Below, piece by piece: positions 19,647 to 29,622 of a stretch of DNA of 64,000 bases (its first letter is position 1; the number at the start of each line of letters is the position of its first letter). Both the position numbers and the translations under genes were made by a program. Origin of the DNA: Candidatus Sumerlaeia bacterium (GTDB taxonomy: Bacteria > Sumerlaeota > Sumerlaeia > SLMS01 > JANRJK01). The stretch is from assembly GCA_033764015.1 (NCBI GenBank), contig JANRJK010000039.1, forward strand, positions 45,834-109,833. The letters run 5' to 3'. Under the pieces are notes generated by a model. It was given only the letters and a program-made list of their open reading frames with translations. It was not told the DNA's origin and did not search any database.

Positions 19647-20072
19647 CTATTCGAGCGAGAAGGGGATGGTGCCGTCGGGGTTGCGCCGGGTCTTCGCGGA
19701 GGCGCCGTACAACTCCTCCTCGTAGAGCGTGTCGTTGCCCTTCGCACCCTCCGGCTTCGCATCCGCGGCCGGCGGCGCGTGGTGGCCCTCGTGCGCGGTC
19801 GCGGCGCCGCTCAGCAGCGCGCAGATCGAGTGCAACTGCCCGGCGACGCACACCGCGTCCTTGTACTTCAGGTTGCGCGGCGACATGTCGCGCATCTCGC
19901 GGAGGATGCCGTTGCCGGCGAAGACCTGCTTCGCCTCCGCGAGCAGCGCGTTGAACGCGTCGGAGGTCTCGGAGTCCACCACGTTCACCGGGTTCAGGTG
20001 GGTCACGAAGCGGATGTCGTCGTAGAGCTGCTTGGTCAGGTAGTAGAGGACGGTGCGGGAGTCTGCGGGCAT
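19647..20072 (-). CDS. Hypothetical protein (helical N-domain, disordered tail)
   Basis: Coding-like composition; fills the gap between hom and uvrA in the same orientation. Confidence 0.7.
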   Translation of the reverse strand: MPADSRTVLYYLTKQLYDDIRFVTHLNPVNVVDSETSDAFNALLAEAKQVFAGNGILREMRDMSPRNLKYKDAVCVAGQLHSICALLSGAATAHEGHHAPPAADAKPEGAKGNDTLYEEELYGASAKTRRNPDGTIPFSLE

Positions 20073-20096
20073 TGCCGGTGGCACCCTTCCGCGGAG

Positions 20097-21227
20097 CTAG
20101 TCCGCCAAGGCGGTTTCAATTCGTCCCCGCAAGCGTGGAGACGGCGCGGGAGCATTGCCAAGGGCAGATTCGGCGGCGGCTCCGAGGAGGCCGCGGCGCC
20201 CCTTCGCGCGGGCCATCCGCAAGGGCCAGGCGGTGGCTCCCCCCGCGCGCAGCCGCGCCACCCGCGCAAGATCCGACAGCACACCGGTCGCGCTGCTCTC
20301 GGCGCCTGCGCCGGGGCCGCTGAGGAAGATCCCGCCGGCCTCCGCGGTATCGATCCAAAGGCCGTTCCGCACGCCGTTGAGCTGCCCGAGCGGATGCGTC
20401 CGCGGGATGTACGCCGGGCGCACCGCGAGGCGCAGCCGGCCGTCCCGAAGCTCCGCGCTCGCCAGCAGCCGCAGCGCCAGCCGGTGCTCCAGCCCGTCGA
20501 GGATCTCGGACGGCGTCACGTGGCGGATGCCCGTGGTCGCCACGTCCTCCGGGCGAACCTCCTGGCCGAAGCAGAGCTGCGCCAGCACACAGAGCTTCTG
20601 CGCGGCGTCGTGCCCGTCCACATCCAGCGACGGGTCAGCCTCCGCGTAGCCGAGCGCCGAGGCCTCGGCCAAGGCTTCGCCGAACGTCATCCCGGCGCGC
20701 TCCGCCATCGAACTCAGGATGAAGTTCGTCGTTCCGTTCACCACGCCGTGGACCGAGCGGACGCGGCACACGCCGAGGCTGTCCTCGATCACGTCGATCA
20801 CCGGGGTGCCCGCGCCCACGGCCGTCTCGAAGAAGAGGAGGCGTCCCGCCGCCTCCGCGCGCGCCGCGAGCTCCGGGCCCCGGTGCGCCAGGAGCGCCTT
20901 GTTCGCCGTCACCACGTCGCGTCCGACGCCGATCGCGGCGGCCACCAGCGCGCCCGCGCGGTCGACCCCGCCGATCAGCTCCACCACGACGTCCGCATCC
21001 GCCGCCGCCAGCTCCTCGAGCGTCCCGGCCATGCGCACCGAATCGGGGAGTGCGAGCCCGCGCGCCTTCCCCGGGTCGCGGACGCACACCGCCGCCAGCT
21101 CGAGTCGGAGCGGCGACACCGCATGCACTGGATGCGAGGGATCCAGCAGCCACTCCGCGACCTTGCCTCCGACGCAGCCGAGGCCCGCGAGCGCGATCCG
21201 CAGCGTCCGCCGCGCGGCGCCGCTCAC
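20097..21227 (-). CDS. hom: Homoserine dehydrogenase (no obvious ACT domain)
   Basis: GLGCVG, VVELIGG, VVTANKA, GVVNGTTNFIL, GYAEADPSLDVDGHDAAQKL, GPGAG. Confidence 0.95.
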   Translation of the reverse strand: MSGAARRTLRIALAGLGCVGGKVAEWLLDPSHPVHAVSPLRLELAAVCVRDPGKARGLALPDSVRMAGTLEELAAADADVVVELIGGVDRAGALVAAAIGVGRDVVTANKALLAHRGPELAARAEAAGRLLFFETAVGAGTPVIDVIEDSLGVCRVRSVHGVVNGTTNFILSSMAERAGMTFGEALAEASALGYAEADPSLDVDGHDAAQKLCVLAQLCFGQEVRPEDVATTGIRHVTPSEILDGLEHRLALRLLASAELRDGRLRLAVRPAYIPRTHPLGQLNGVRNGLWIDTAEAGGIFLSGPGAGAESSATGVLSDLARVARLRAGGATAWPLRMARAKGRRGLLGAAAESALGNAPAPSPRLRGRIETALAD

Positions 21228-22195
21228 GCCGGCTTCTTTCCGGACTTCTTCGCCGCCGGCTCCCGCAGCGCCAGCGTCCTCGAAGACACCTTCGGCAGCG
21301 ACGTCATCGAGGCGACGACCGCGAGGCGCTCGGCGATGTCCTCGGAGGTGAGCTTCGTGATGCGCTTCACGCTGAAGTCCTCCACCGCGAAGCTCGCCAT
21401 CACGCAGCCGACCTGCGTCGCGCGGACCAGGTTGTCCTCGGTGACCTTCCCGAGCCTCGCCAGGTAGCCCACCATCGAGGCCGCGAACGTGTCGCCGGCC
21501 CCCGTCGGGTCCTTCACCTTCCGCACCGGGAACGCCGGGATCGCGACGATGCGCTCGGGGAAGACCACCAAAGCGCCGTGCTCGCCCTTCTTCACGATGA
21601 CCGCCTTCGGCCCCATCTTGCGGACCGCGAGCGCCGCCTCGATCGTGTTGCTCGTTTCTGTGAACATGCGCGCTTCCTGGTCGTTGATCATCATCACGTC
21701 CGCGCGCTTCACCACCTTGGTCAGCTCCGCCTTGCTGCCCTCGATCCAGAAGTTCATCGTGTCCACCACGACCAGCTTCGGCGATTCCATCTGGGCGAAC
21801 ACGTGCATCTGCAGCGCCGGGTGGATGTTCGCCAGGAACACGAAGGGCGAGCGGCGCTGCGCTTCGGTGAGCTTCGGGCTGAACTGCTCGAACACGTTCA
21901 GCGCCGTCGTCGTGGTGAACGCCGTCCCCATGTCGCGCTCGTAGTAACCGTGCCAGCGGAAGGTCTCGCCCTCGCGCACCTCGAGCCCGGACAGGTCCAC
22001 CCCGCGCGATTGCAGCAGCGCGAGGTGCTTCTTCGGAAAGTCGGTGCCCACGATTCCCACCAGCGACACGTCGGAGAAGAGGCTCGCCGCGATGCTTCCG
22101 TAGGAAGCGGAGCCCCCGAGAACTTCCTTCACATCCCCGTGGGGCGTGGAGATGGAGTCGAGGCCGATGGATCCGACAATCAGGGTGGAGGGCAC
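21224..22195 (-). CDS. PfkB-family carbohydrate/nucleoside kinase
   Basis: VGSIGLDSI, LGGSASY, DTMNFWI, KKGEHGA, DPTGAGDTFA. Confidence 0.93.
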   Translation of the reverse strand: MPSTLIVGSIGLDSISTPHGDVKEVLGGSASYGSIAASLFSDVSLVGIVGTDFPKKHLALLQSRGVDLSGLEVREGETFRWHGYYERDMGTAFTTTTALNVFEQFSPKLTEAQRRSPFVFLANIHPALQMHVFAQMESPKLVVVDTMNFWIEGSKAELTKVVKRADVMMINDQEARMFTETSNTIEAALAVRKMGPKAVIVKKGEHGALVVFPERIVAIPAFPVRKVKDPTGAGDTFAASMVGYLARLGKVTEDNLVRATQVGCVMASFAVEDFSVKRITKLTSEDIAERLAVVASMTSLPKVSSRTLALREPAAKKSGKKPA

Positions 22196-22280
22196 ATGCG
22201 ATCCTTGGTCCCCGGCGTGGCGGGGGGGCTGGCGCGCGCGAGGCGCGAACCGCTTAGGGCGCGGCAGCGCGCGCCGCGGG

Positions 22281-23315
22281 TCAAGGAGTAGGGGGCGCGG
22301 GCTCTTCCTCGACCACCGTGCGGTCGCCGAGGACGATCGGCAGCCAAAGCGCGTAGAGCGAGAAGCCCCCGTCGCGCCGTCCCCAGCCGAGCATGCCCCA
22401 CAGCGGGCCGTGGCGCGAGTCGTCCGCGCGGCCGTCCTCGGTCCGTGTGCGGCTCGAATGCCAGAGGATGCCGCCTCCGAGCGAGCGGCCCCGCTTGGTC
22501 CAACGCGCCGCGCCTTCCTCGCGCGTCTCGCCCGGACGCGCCGTGTGGACCGTGCGCCCGGAATAGCCCAGCCAGCCGATCAGCGGGCCGTGCGCCCACA
22601 GGTTCCGGCGCTCGTCCCCGCGCCCGATCGTGTCGAAGTCGTAGCTGGTCCAGGCCAGCGCGCCCGGGAGGCCTCCCGCCATCAACGGCAGCACCACGTA
22701 TCCGCTCACGTCCGTCTGGGGGATCGGCTCCGCTTCCGTGCCGCCGAGCTGTTGGGCGGCGTCGAAGCGGGTCGAGGCGTAGAACGGGCCGAGGGTCCAG
22801 AGGTGCGTCGCCGCGTTGAACCGTCCCGCGTACCGCTCCGATTCCACGCCGACCCGGCTGAAGAGCAGCGGCACGCCGTAGGCCCGCACCTTGGGCGCGT
22901 CCGGCTTGCGGTCCGCCTCCGAAACGCCGGTCCAGAACGGCGACCATGTGAAGCGGAAGCCCGAGCTCGACTCCGCACCGCGCTGGAACTCCGCCGACTT
23001 CACCGAAATCCAGAGCGGCGCATTGAAAAGGATGAAGACACCCAGGTCGTGCCAACGCACCGAGGTGTAGTCCGCTTCCGTGGCGTCCTCGTTGAACACC
23101 CACTGCTTGATCGTCACCTGGTTAGGCAGCAGCCAGAACGAGGTGTTTCCGCCCTGCTTCGGTTTCGCCTCGTCGGCCCGCGTCCAGTACTCGTCCACAA
23201 GCGGTTCGCCGAGCCCCGGCGCGACACGGGTTCCGAGCGTCGGCGCTCCGGTGCGGATCGAGCAGCCGGCGAGCAACGGCAGGATGGCGAGCGGGAGGAA
23301 TCGGCGCAGGGTCAC
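22281..23315 (-). CDS. Hypothetical lipoprotein rich in aromatic beta-hairpin motifs
   Basis: GTG start at 23315, lipobox LLAGC; recurring W/F-x-x-(G/S)P-(F/L)-(W/Y) segments. Confidence 0.68.
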   Translation of the reverse strand: MTLRRFLPLAILPLLAGCSIRTGAPTLGTRVAPGLGEPLVDEYWTRADEAKPKQGGNTSFWLLPNQVTIKQWVFNEDATEADYTSVRWHDLGVFILFNAPLWISVKSAEFQRGAESSSGFRFTWSPFWTGVSEADRKPDAPKVRAYGVPLLFSRVGVESERYAGRFNAATHLWTLGPFYASTRFDAAQQLGGTEAEPIPQTDVSGYVVLPLMAGGLPGALAWTSYDFDTIGRGDERRNLWAHGPLIGWLGYSGRTVHTARPGETREEGAARWTKRGRSLGGGILWHSSRTRTEDGRADDSRHGPLWGMLGWGRRDGGFSLYALWLPIVLGDRTVVEEEPAPPTP

Positions 23316-23473
23316 AGGGCGTCCTTGGAGTGAAGTCGACACGAGCAGAGTGCGGAGGAGCGTGGCGACGCAAGCGCGGGAATGGGGCGGAGCCGCCCCC
23401 TCGGCGATATCCGTTGTCCAACCTCCCGCGGTATGGCCCTCTGCGTTGGCAACCCACCACTTGGAACGCGCGC

Positions 23474-25528
23474 ATGGATCCGACCGCAAGCACCCGGGAA
23501 ATCTACTGGAACATCAACATCCCGGAGCCTTGGCGGACCATCATCGTCGTGCTCCTCGGGTTCGTCCCGCTGGTGATCGTCGTCCGGGCGCTGCGCGCGC
23601 GATGGCTCGAATGGAAGTCCGTCGGCGCCCTCGACGAACTCCCCCCCCGCAGCGAGTGGCCCGACCGCGCGAAACGCACGCTCCTCGCCACGCTCGGGCA
23701 GACCCGCGTGCGCCGCCGCAAGCTCGGCGGCTGGACGCACACCGCTTTCTTCTACAGCTTCATCACCCTCTTCATCGGCACGTGCATCGTCGCCTTCCAG
23801 CACGATTTCGCACAGCCGGTGCTCGGCTGGTACTTCTTCCAAGGGTTCTTCTACGAAATCTACTCGGCGACCCTCGAAGTCGCCGGGGTCGTGGGCATCA
23901 TCGCGGTGTCGCTTGCGCTCCACCGGCGCTACGTCTCCAAGCCGAAGCACCTCGGCGGCAGCATCGACTGGGTTCCGTCGCTCTGGTGGCTGCAAGCGGT
24001 GCTCGTCACGGGGTTCCTGCTCGAGGGCGCGCGCATCTCCGGCACCGGCTTCCCGGAGTTCGAACGGACCGCCTCCTTCGTTGGCTACCTGATCGGCACG
24101 CTGATCCCGCAGGACGCCGCCGCCTCGATCCATTTGGTGATCTGGTGGGGTCACTTCGCCATTTCGCTCGCGTTCCTCGCCACCTTCGGCGGCGCGGCGA
24201 TGGGGCACGTGGCCAATTCCGCGGTGAACATCTTCCTCGCGCGGCCGCTCCCCGGGTCCGCGCCGAGGCCCATCGAGAACATCGAGGAAGCGGAGGTCTT
24301 CGGCGTCCTCACGGTGGACCAGTTCCGCCGCGCGCACCTTCGCGACGCCGACGTCTGCGTCCAGTGCGGACGCTGCGTCGAGGTCTGCCCGGCCAACATC
24401 ACCGGCAAGCCGCTCAGCCCGAAGAAGATCGTCAACGACGTCCGCGACGCCTGGCGCGAGCAGCTCCTGCACCCCGCGCCAAACCTGGTCGAGCTGGTCG
24501 GCCGCGAGGACGGCAACAAGATCGACCCGGACGAGATCTGGTCCTGCACCACCTGCGGCGCGTGCGAGCGCGAATGCCCGGTCCACATCGAGATCGTCGA
24601 GAAGATCGTCGAGCTGCGCCGCGGCCAGACGCTGATGAAGTCCGAGTTCCCCCCCGAGATGCAGCTGGCGTTCACGAACCTCGAGCAGCAGGGCAACCCG
24701 TGGGGGAAGCCCGCCGACGAGCGCGGCAAGTGGACCGAGGAACTGGAAGCGGAGCAGTTCCACGTCCCGGTCGTCGGCGAGCCGGAGGCGGAGGGCGCCG
24801 AGTACCTGTTCTGGGTGGGGTGCGCGGGATCCTTCGACGCCAAGGGGCAGCGGACCTCGCGGGCGCTGGCGCGCCTGATGCGCCGCGCAGGGATCAAGTT
24901 CGCCATCCTTGGCCCGATGGAGACCTGCACCGGCGACCCAGCGCTGCGCTCCGGCAACGAGTACCTCTACCAGGTCCTCGCCAAGCAGAACATCGAGACG
25001 CTCCAGTCCGCCCCGAAGAAGATCGTCACCGCGTGCCCGCACTGCCTGCAGACGATCAAGAAGGACTACGCGCTGCTGGGTGGCGGGTTCGACATTGTGC
25101 ACCACTCGGAGCTGCTGTCGGAGCTGCTCGAAGCCGGGCGCATCCCGAAGGGGTCCGCGGACGTCGACGCGGTGATCCACGACTCGTGCTACCTGAGCCG
25201 GCACAACGGCATCACGGAGCAGCCACGCGCCGTGGCCGAGGCCGCGGCCGGCGGCAGGGCCGCCAAGGAGCCCGCGCGCTGCGGCGAGAAGGGCCTCTGT
25301 TGCGGAGCCGGCGGAGGGCGCATGTGGATGGAAGAAAAGCTCGGCCACAAGAATGTGAGCGAAGAGCGCGCCGGCGAGCTGCTCGCAACGGGCGCCTCTA
25401 CGGTCGTGGTGGCCTGCCCATTCTGCAAGACGATGGTCGGCGACGGCGCCAAGAAGGTGGCTCCCGACCAGCAGGTGGAGATCATGGACATCGCGGAACT
25501 GCTCGAGAAGGGGCTGGAGGGGAAGTAG
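23474..25528 (+). CDS. Membrane-bound Fe-S oxidoreductase (FadF/HdrD-like; NarI-like TM domain, 2x4Fe-4S, 2 CCG domains)
   Basis: TM helices with His; CVQCGRCVEVCP, CTTCGACERECP, GNPWG, TACPHC, HDSCYL, CCGAGGG, ACPFC. Confidence 0.92.
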   Translation: MDPTASTREIYWNINIPEPWRTIIVVLLGFVPLVIVVRALRARWLEWKSVGALDELPPRSEWPDRAKRTLLATLGQTRVRRRKLGGWTHTAFFYSFITLFIGTCIVAFQHDFAQPVLGWYFFQGFFYEIYSATLEVAGVVGIIAVSLALHRRYVSKPKHLGGSIDWVPSLWWLQAVLVTGFLLEGARISGTGFPEFERTASFVGYLIGTLIPQDAAASIHLVIWWGHFAISLAFLATFGGAAMGHVANSAVNIFLARPLPGSAPRPIENIEEAEVFGVLTVDQFRRAHLRDADVCVQCGRCVEVCPANITGKPLSPKKIVNDVRDAWREQLLHPAPNLVELVGREDGNKIDPDEIWSCTTCGACERECPVHIEIVEKIVELRRGQTLMKSEFPPEMQLAFTNLEQQGNPWGKPADERGKWTEELEAEQFHVPVVGEPEAEGAEYLFWVGCAGSFDAKGQRTSRALARLMRRAGIKFAILGPMETCTGDPALRSGNEYLYQVLAKQNIETLQSAPKKIVTACPHCLQTIKKDYALLGGGFDIVHHSELLSELLEAGRIPKGSADVDAVIHDSCYLSRHNGITEQPRAVAEAAAGGRAAKEPARCGEKGLCCGAGGGRMWMEEKLGHKNVSEERAGELLATGASTVVVACPFCKTMVGDGAKKVAPDQQVEIMDIAELLEKGLEGK

Positions 25529-25543
25529 GGCGCGCCGCGCTGG

Positions 25544-25558
25544 TGGCACACCGCTTGC
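25544..25558 (+). promoter_or_regulatory. Sigma54-type -24/-12 promoter
   Basis: TGGCAC-ACCGC-TTGC matches the TGGCAC-N5-TTGC consensus, in the short intergenic gap upstream of the ABC ATPase. Confidence 0.62.
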
Positions 25559-25571
25559 CCCTAACGATTGC

Positions 25572-26303
25572 ATGAGCGCTCCGTCCCCCGCCCCGGCCAC
25601 CGCCGAACCGTCCTCCGCGTCGCGAACCGCCGTCGAACTTCGCGCAGTCGAGAAGTCCTACCCCGGCCCAGATGGCGGTGCCCCGGTGTCGGTCCTGCGC
25701 GGAGTGACGCTGGACTTCGCCGAGGGGTCGTTCGTAGCTCTGATGGGAGCATCCGGCAGCGGCAAGACCACGCTACTGAACCTGATCGGCGGCCTCGATG
25801 CGCCGGACGAAGGCACGATCCGGCTGGACGGCACGGATTACGCGCACTTCGACGACGACGGGCGCAGCGAGTTCCGGCTCCGCCACATCGGCTTCATCTT
25901 CCAGTTCTTCAACCTGCTTCCGAACCTGACGGTGCGCGAGAACATCGCGCTGCCGGTGCTCCTGCTGCGCAGGAGCGAACGCGACGCCCGCGATGCCGCC
26001 GCGCGCATGGCGGAAGAGGTCGGCCTCGGGAACAAGCTCGACCGCATGGCGCACCAGCTTTCCGGCGGCGAGATGCAACGCGTCGCCATCGCCCGCGCGC
26101 TCGTTCACGGCCCGCGGCTCCTGCTCGCCGACGAGCCCACCGGGAACCTCGATTCGAAGACCGGCGAAACGATACTCGGCCTTGTCCGCGCGCTGGCCGC
26201 CTCGCACGGCGCAACCGTCGTGATGGCGACGCACGATGCGAGCGCCGCGGCCGCCGCCGACTACACGATCCATATGCGCGACGGCCGCGTCGTCGCCTCC
26301 TGA
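25572..26303 (+). CDS. ABC transporter ATP-binding protein (LolD/MacB family)
   Basis: GASGSGKTT, IGFIFQFFNL, LSGGEMQRVAIARAL, ADEPTGNLD. Confidence 0.96.
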   Translation: MSAPSPAPATAEPSSASRTAVELRAVEKSYPGPDGGAPVSVLRGVTLDFAEGSFVALMGASGSGKTTLLNLIGGLDAPDEGTIRLDGTDYAHFDDDGRSEFRLRHIGFIFQFFNLLPNLTVRENIALPVLLLRRSERDARDAAARMAEEVGLGNKLDRMAHQLSGGEMQRVAIARALVHGPRLLLADEPTGNLDSKTGETILGLVRALAASHGATVVMATHDASAAAAADYTIHMRDGRVVAS

Positions 26304-26304
26304 C

Positions 26305-28902
26305 ATGCGCTGGCGGGCGGTCTTCCGCGCGCTCGTCGGCTGCTACGCGCGCCACGAGCGGGGCCGCACCGCGCTCACGGTGCTCGGCGTCGCGCTCGGC
26401 GTCGCGGTGCTCATCGCCATCGACCTCGCCAACGAGTCCGCCGTCTCCAGCTTCAAGGGAACGCTCGACGACGTCGCCGGGCGCGCGCAGCTCACGGTGC
26501 GCGCCAACGGGTCCGCGCTGGACGGGGCGCTGGTCGCCCGCCTCGCCAAGGAGCCCGGCGTCCGAAGCGTCTCGCCGCTGATCGAAGGTCAAGCGCTGCA
26601 CCGCCGCACGCCCGACGCCCCGCCCGAGACGCTCCTCGTGCTCGGCGTCGACCTGCTCGCGAGCGAGGAGCGCGATCCGCTTCCGGTCCGCGACATCGCC
26701 TTCACCCCCGAGAAGGACCGCCCGTTCACCAGCTTCCTGACCGATCCGCGAGTCGTGGTCGGCACACGACGCTTCGCCGACCGCGCGGGCGCTAGCGAAG
26801 GTGCCGAAGTGGAGTTCGAGATCAACGGCGCCCCCGTTCGGATGGTGCTTGGCGGCCTCATCTCCGGCGGCACGCTGGCGGACACGCTCGACGGCAATGT
26901 GCTGGTGGCGGACCTCGGCATCGCCGATGCGCTGCTAGGTCGCGGCGGGAAGCTCGACCGGATCGATCTCACGCTCGATGAAGGCGCGGACTCGGCGGAA
27001 GTGGCCGCGCGCCTCGCGGAGTCGCTTCCCGCGAACGCCCTCGTCGAACGCCCGGAGACCCGCGGCGAGCGCGTGGATGAAATGCTCGCCGCATTCCGCT
27101 TCAACCTGAACGCGCTCGGCCACATCTCGATCCTCGTCGGCGCGTTCCTGATCTTCAACACCATGAGCGTCGCCGTCGTCCGGCGGCGCCCCGCCATCGG
27201 CACGCTGCGCGCGCTCGGCGTTTCGCGCCGCGCGGTCGCCGCCGCCTTCCTCGCGGAGGGCTTCCTGATCGGAGCCATTGGTTCAGCGCTCGGGGTCCTC
27301 CTCGGAACGGGTCTCGCGCTTGCCATGCTCGACACCGTCAGCGCGGCGATCTCCATCAACTTCGTGCAGACCGACCCGACGCGGCTCGCGCCGGATGCGG
27401 GAATCGTGTTGGCGGGGGTGCTGCTTGGCATCGGCACATCGCTCGGAGCCGCGATGGGTCCCGCGCTGGAGGCAGCCTCGACCCCCCCCGCGAACACCAT
27501 GCGGCGGGGGAGCGCGGAGCGTGGTTCCGGCGGCGCGGTGCCCATGGCGGTGGCGGGCGCGGTGGCGTTCGCGCTTGCCGCGGCGCTTGCGCTTCGCGAG
27601 CCGCGCGGCACCGGCCTGCCGATCGGCGGTTACATCGCCGCGACGCTCGCCGTCGGCGCGTTCGTCGGATGGAGCCGGCTGGCGCTCGGCGGCGCCGCAA
27701 GCGGCCTCCGCGGCGTTTACTCGCGCCTCTTCGGCGCCGAGGGCCTGCTCGCCGTCGCCGGCACGCAGGCCACTCTGGGGCGCGCCACGGTCGCGGTCGC
27801 GGGTCTTCTTGTCAGCCTCGCCATGACGGTGGCCGTCGGCGTGATGGTGTCGAGCTTTCGCGGCACGGTGGTTGGCTGGATGGGCGAAGTGCTGCGCGCG
27901 GACTTGTATGTCTCCGCCGCGAGCCCGGGCGCCGGCGTCCGCCCCGCGCCGATTCCCGCCGCGTTCGTCTCCGCCGCCGAGGCGATCCCCGGCGTCGAGG
28001 CGGTCGACCCCTTCCGCGGGCGCCGCATCGTCGTCAATGGGCGCGAGGCCTGGTTCGGCTCCGGACGCTTCGACATCGTGCGCTTCGAGAACCAGACCAT
28101 GGAAGGCCGCCCGGCCGCCGAGGTCGTCCGCGAGGCGCTCGCGAACCGAGAGGCGATCGTCAGCGAGGCGTTCTCGCGCAAGCACCTCCTCGCGACCGGG
28201 GATTCGGTCGCCGTGCCCACCGCCGCGGGCGCGGTGGAACTGCGCATCGCCGGGGTGTACCGCGACTACTCGAGCGAGCAGGGCTATGTGATCGTGGACC
28301 GCTCGCTCTTCCTCGAGTTCTTCCCGGGCGAGACATCCGCGGATTCGCTCTCGCTCTACCTCGCCCCCGGGGCCGACCGCGCCGCGTTGCGCGAGCGCCT
28401 CGCCGCCCTGGCCGTCGAGGTGCCCGGCACTCCGGCGCTGCAAGTGCGCGCCAACGACGAGCTCCGCGGCTTCGCCATCGAGGCGTTCGACAACACGTTC
28501 CGCGTCACCCACGCGCTCCAACTCATCGCGGTCGTGGTCGCCGTGCTCGGTGTCGCCGCGACGCTCCTGGCGCAGATCCTCGACCGGCAGCAGGAAATCA
28601 CGACGCTCCGCCACCTCGGCGCCACCCAGTGGCGCGTGGCGAAGGTGATCGTGCTCGAATCGTCGCTGCTCGCGCTGGTCGGCGTCGCGCTCGGCGTGGG
28701 CGCGGGGCTCGCGCTCAGCTACATCCTCACCACCGTGATCATGCTTGAAAGCTTCGGCTGGACCATCGCCTTCGACGTGCCGTGGGGCCTCGTCGCGCAA
28801 AGCGCGCTGATCGTCTTCGTGGCGACGGTGTTGGCGGGATTGATCCCCTCGCGGGAGGCGGCGAAGCGCATGCGCTCCTCGGGACGGGTAGCGGTCGGTT
28901 AA
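26305..28902 (+). CDS. ABC transporter permease, double FtsX/MacB-like
   Basis: RTALTVLGVALGVAV; two R..(E/A)I..LR.LG FtsX motifs; large periplasmic loops. Confidence 0.92.
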   Translation: MRWRAVFRALVGCYARHERGRTALTVLGVALGVAVLIAIDLANESAVSSFKGTLDDVAGRAQLTVRANGSALDGALVARLAKEPGVRSVSPLIEGQALHRRTPDAPPETLLVLGVDLLASEERDPLPVRDIAFTPEKDRPFTSFLTDPRVVVGTRRFADRAGASEGAEVEFEINGAPVRMVLGGLISGGTLADTLDGNVLVADLGIADALLGRGGKLDRIDLTLDEGADSAEVAARLAESLPANALVERPETRGERVDEMLAAFRFNLNALGHISILVGAFLIFNTMSVAVVRRRPAIGTLRALGVSRRAVAAAFLAEGFLIGAIGSALGVLLGTGLALAMLDTVSAAISINFVQTDPTRLAPDAGIVLAGVLLGIGTSLGAAMGPALEAASTPPANTMRRGSAERGSGGAVPMAVAGAVAFALAAALALREPRGTGLPIGGYIAATLAVGAFVGWSRLALGGAASGLRGVYSRLFGAEGLLAVAGTQATLGRATVAVAGLLVSLAMTVAVGVMVSSFRGTVVGWMGEVLRADLYVSAASPGAGVRPAPIPAAFVSAAEAIPGVEAVDPFRGRRIVVNGREAWFGSGRFDIVRFENQTMEGRPAAEVVREALANREAIVSEAFSRKHLLATGDSVAVPTAAGAVELRIAGVYRDYSSEQGYVIVDRSLFLEFFPGETSADSLSLYLAPGADRAALRERLAALAVEVPGTPALQVRANDELRGFAIEAFDNTFRVTHALQLIAVVVAVLGVAATLLAQILDRQQEITTLRHLGATQWRVAKVIVLESSLLALVGVALGVGAGLALSYILTTVIMLESFGWTIAFDVPWGLVAQSALIVFVATVLAGLIPSREAAKRMRSSGRVAVG

Positions 28903-28914
28903 GGGAGCGGGGCC

Positions 28915-29622
28915 CTACCGCGTCTCCATCACTTGCTTCGCGTCCGGCAGCGAGCCGGTGAAGTTCTCGAGCGCCTCGAACACCGTCTTCTCGCGCTGGA
29001 ACTGCGGGATCGGCGCCTCGTGGCCCATGCGGATCGACCCGGTCAGGAATGCGAATCGGTAAAGCGACACCTTCGCGTCCAGCGCGGCATCCATGGCGCC
29101 GGAGCTGTAGCGGTCGAAGAAGCCGATCCCGTGCTTCTCGAACAGGTGGTTCGCGAGCCAGGGCGAGCGCAGCGGCTGGCGGATCGTCGCGAGCGCCGGA
29201 TTCGTCGCGGGCGCGCCGATGATTCCGCCGCAGAGCCGGAGCGACTTCTCGTCGTAGGCGAACGGCAATCCGGTGGCGTTGTTCGGCAGGTAGGCGAGCA
29301 GCGGCTCGAGCGCGGTCGCGTCGATCACGCTGCGGGGCAGGACGATGTCGCCGAGGCTGTAGCTGAAGCGCCCGACCGCGAGCGGCGCGGCCTCGACCTC
29401 GCCAAGCGCCAGCACGCGCCGCGCGCCCCGGTGCGCGAGCAGCCGCACCGCCACGAAGGCCGCCTCCGGAGTCTCCTCCTCGACGCAAAGCAGGAGCGCG
29501 TCGTCGGTGGCGAGCCGTCCGCGCCATGCATAGAACGGCCCGTCCACCTCGCGGGTCCGCGAGCGGAGGGCTCTCGCGGCGCCCGCCGCGAGAGCCGTTC
29601 CGAAACAGGCCAGTCCGATCAT
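28915..29622 (-). CDS. Hypothetical protein, degenerate nucleoside-phosphorylase (PNP/MTAN)-like fold
   Basis: RRVLALG…GDIVLP pattern recalls PNP_UDP_1 strands; coupled to the upstream gene (ATGA overlap). Confidence 0.55.
   Translation of the reverse strand: MIGLACFGTALAAGAARALRSRTREVDGPFYAWRGRLATDDALLLCVEEETPEAAFVAVRLLAHRGARRVLALGEVEAAPLAVGRFSYSLGDIVLPRSVIDATALEPLLAYLPNNATGLPFAYDEKSLRLCGGIIGAPATNPALATIRQPLRSPWLANHLFEKHGIGFFDRYSSGAMDAALDAKVSLYRFAFLTGSIRMGHEAPIPQFQREKTVFEALENFTGSLPDAKQVMETR

Noticed and set aside
16239..21467. 1742-aa plus-strand ORF, and similar giants at 14807-17350, 34938-37805 and 54089-57448
   Set aside because: Antisense shadows of uvrA/polX/hom, ftsK and mqnE/vWA. 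Arg/Ala-rich with no motifs, as expected from stop-codon scarcity at high GC.
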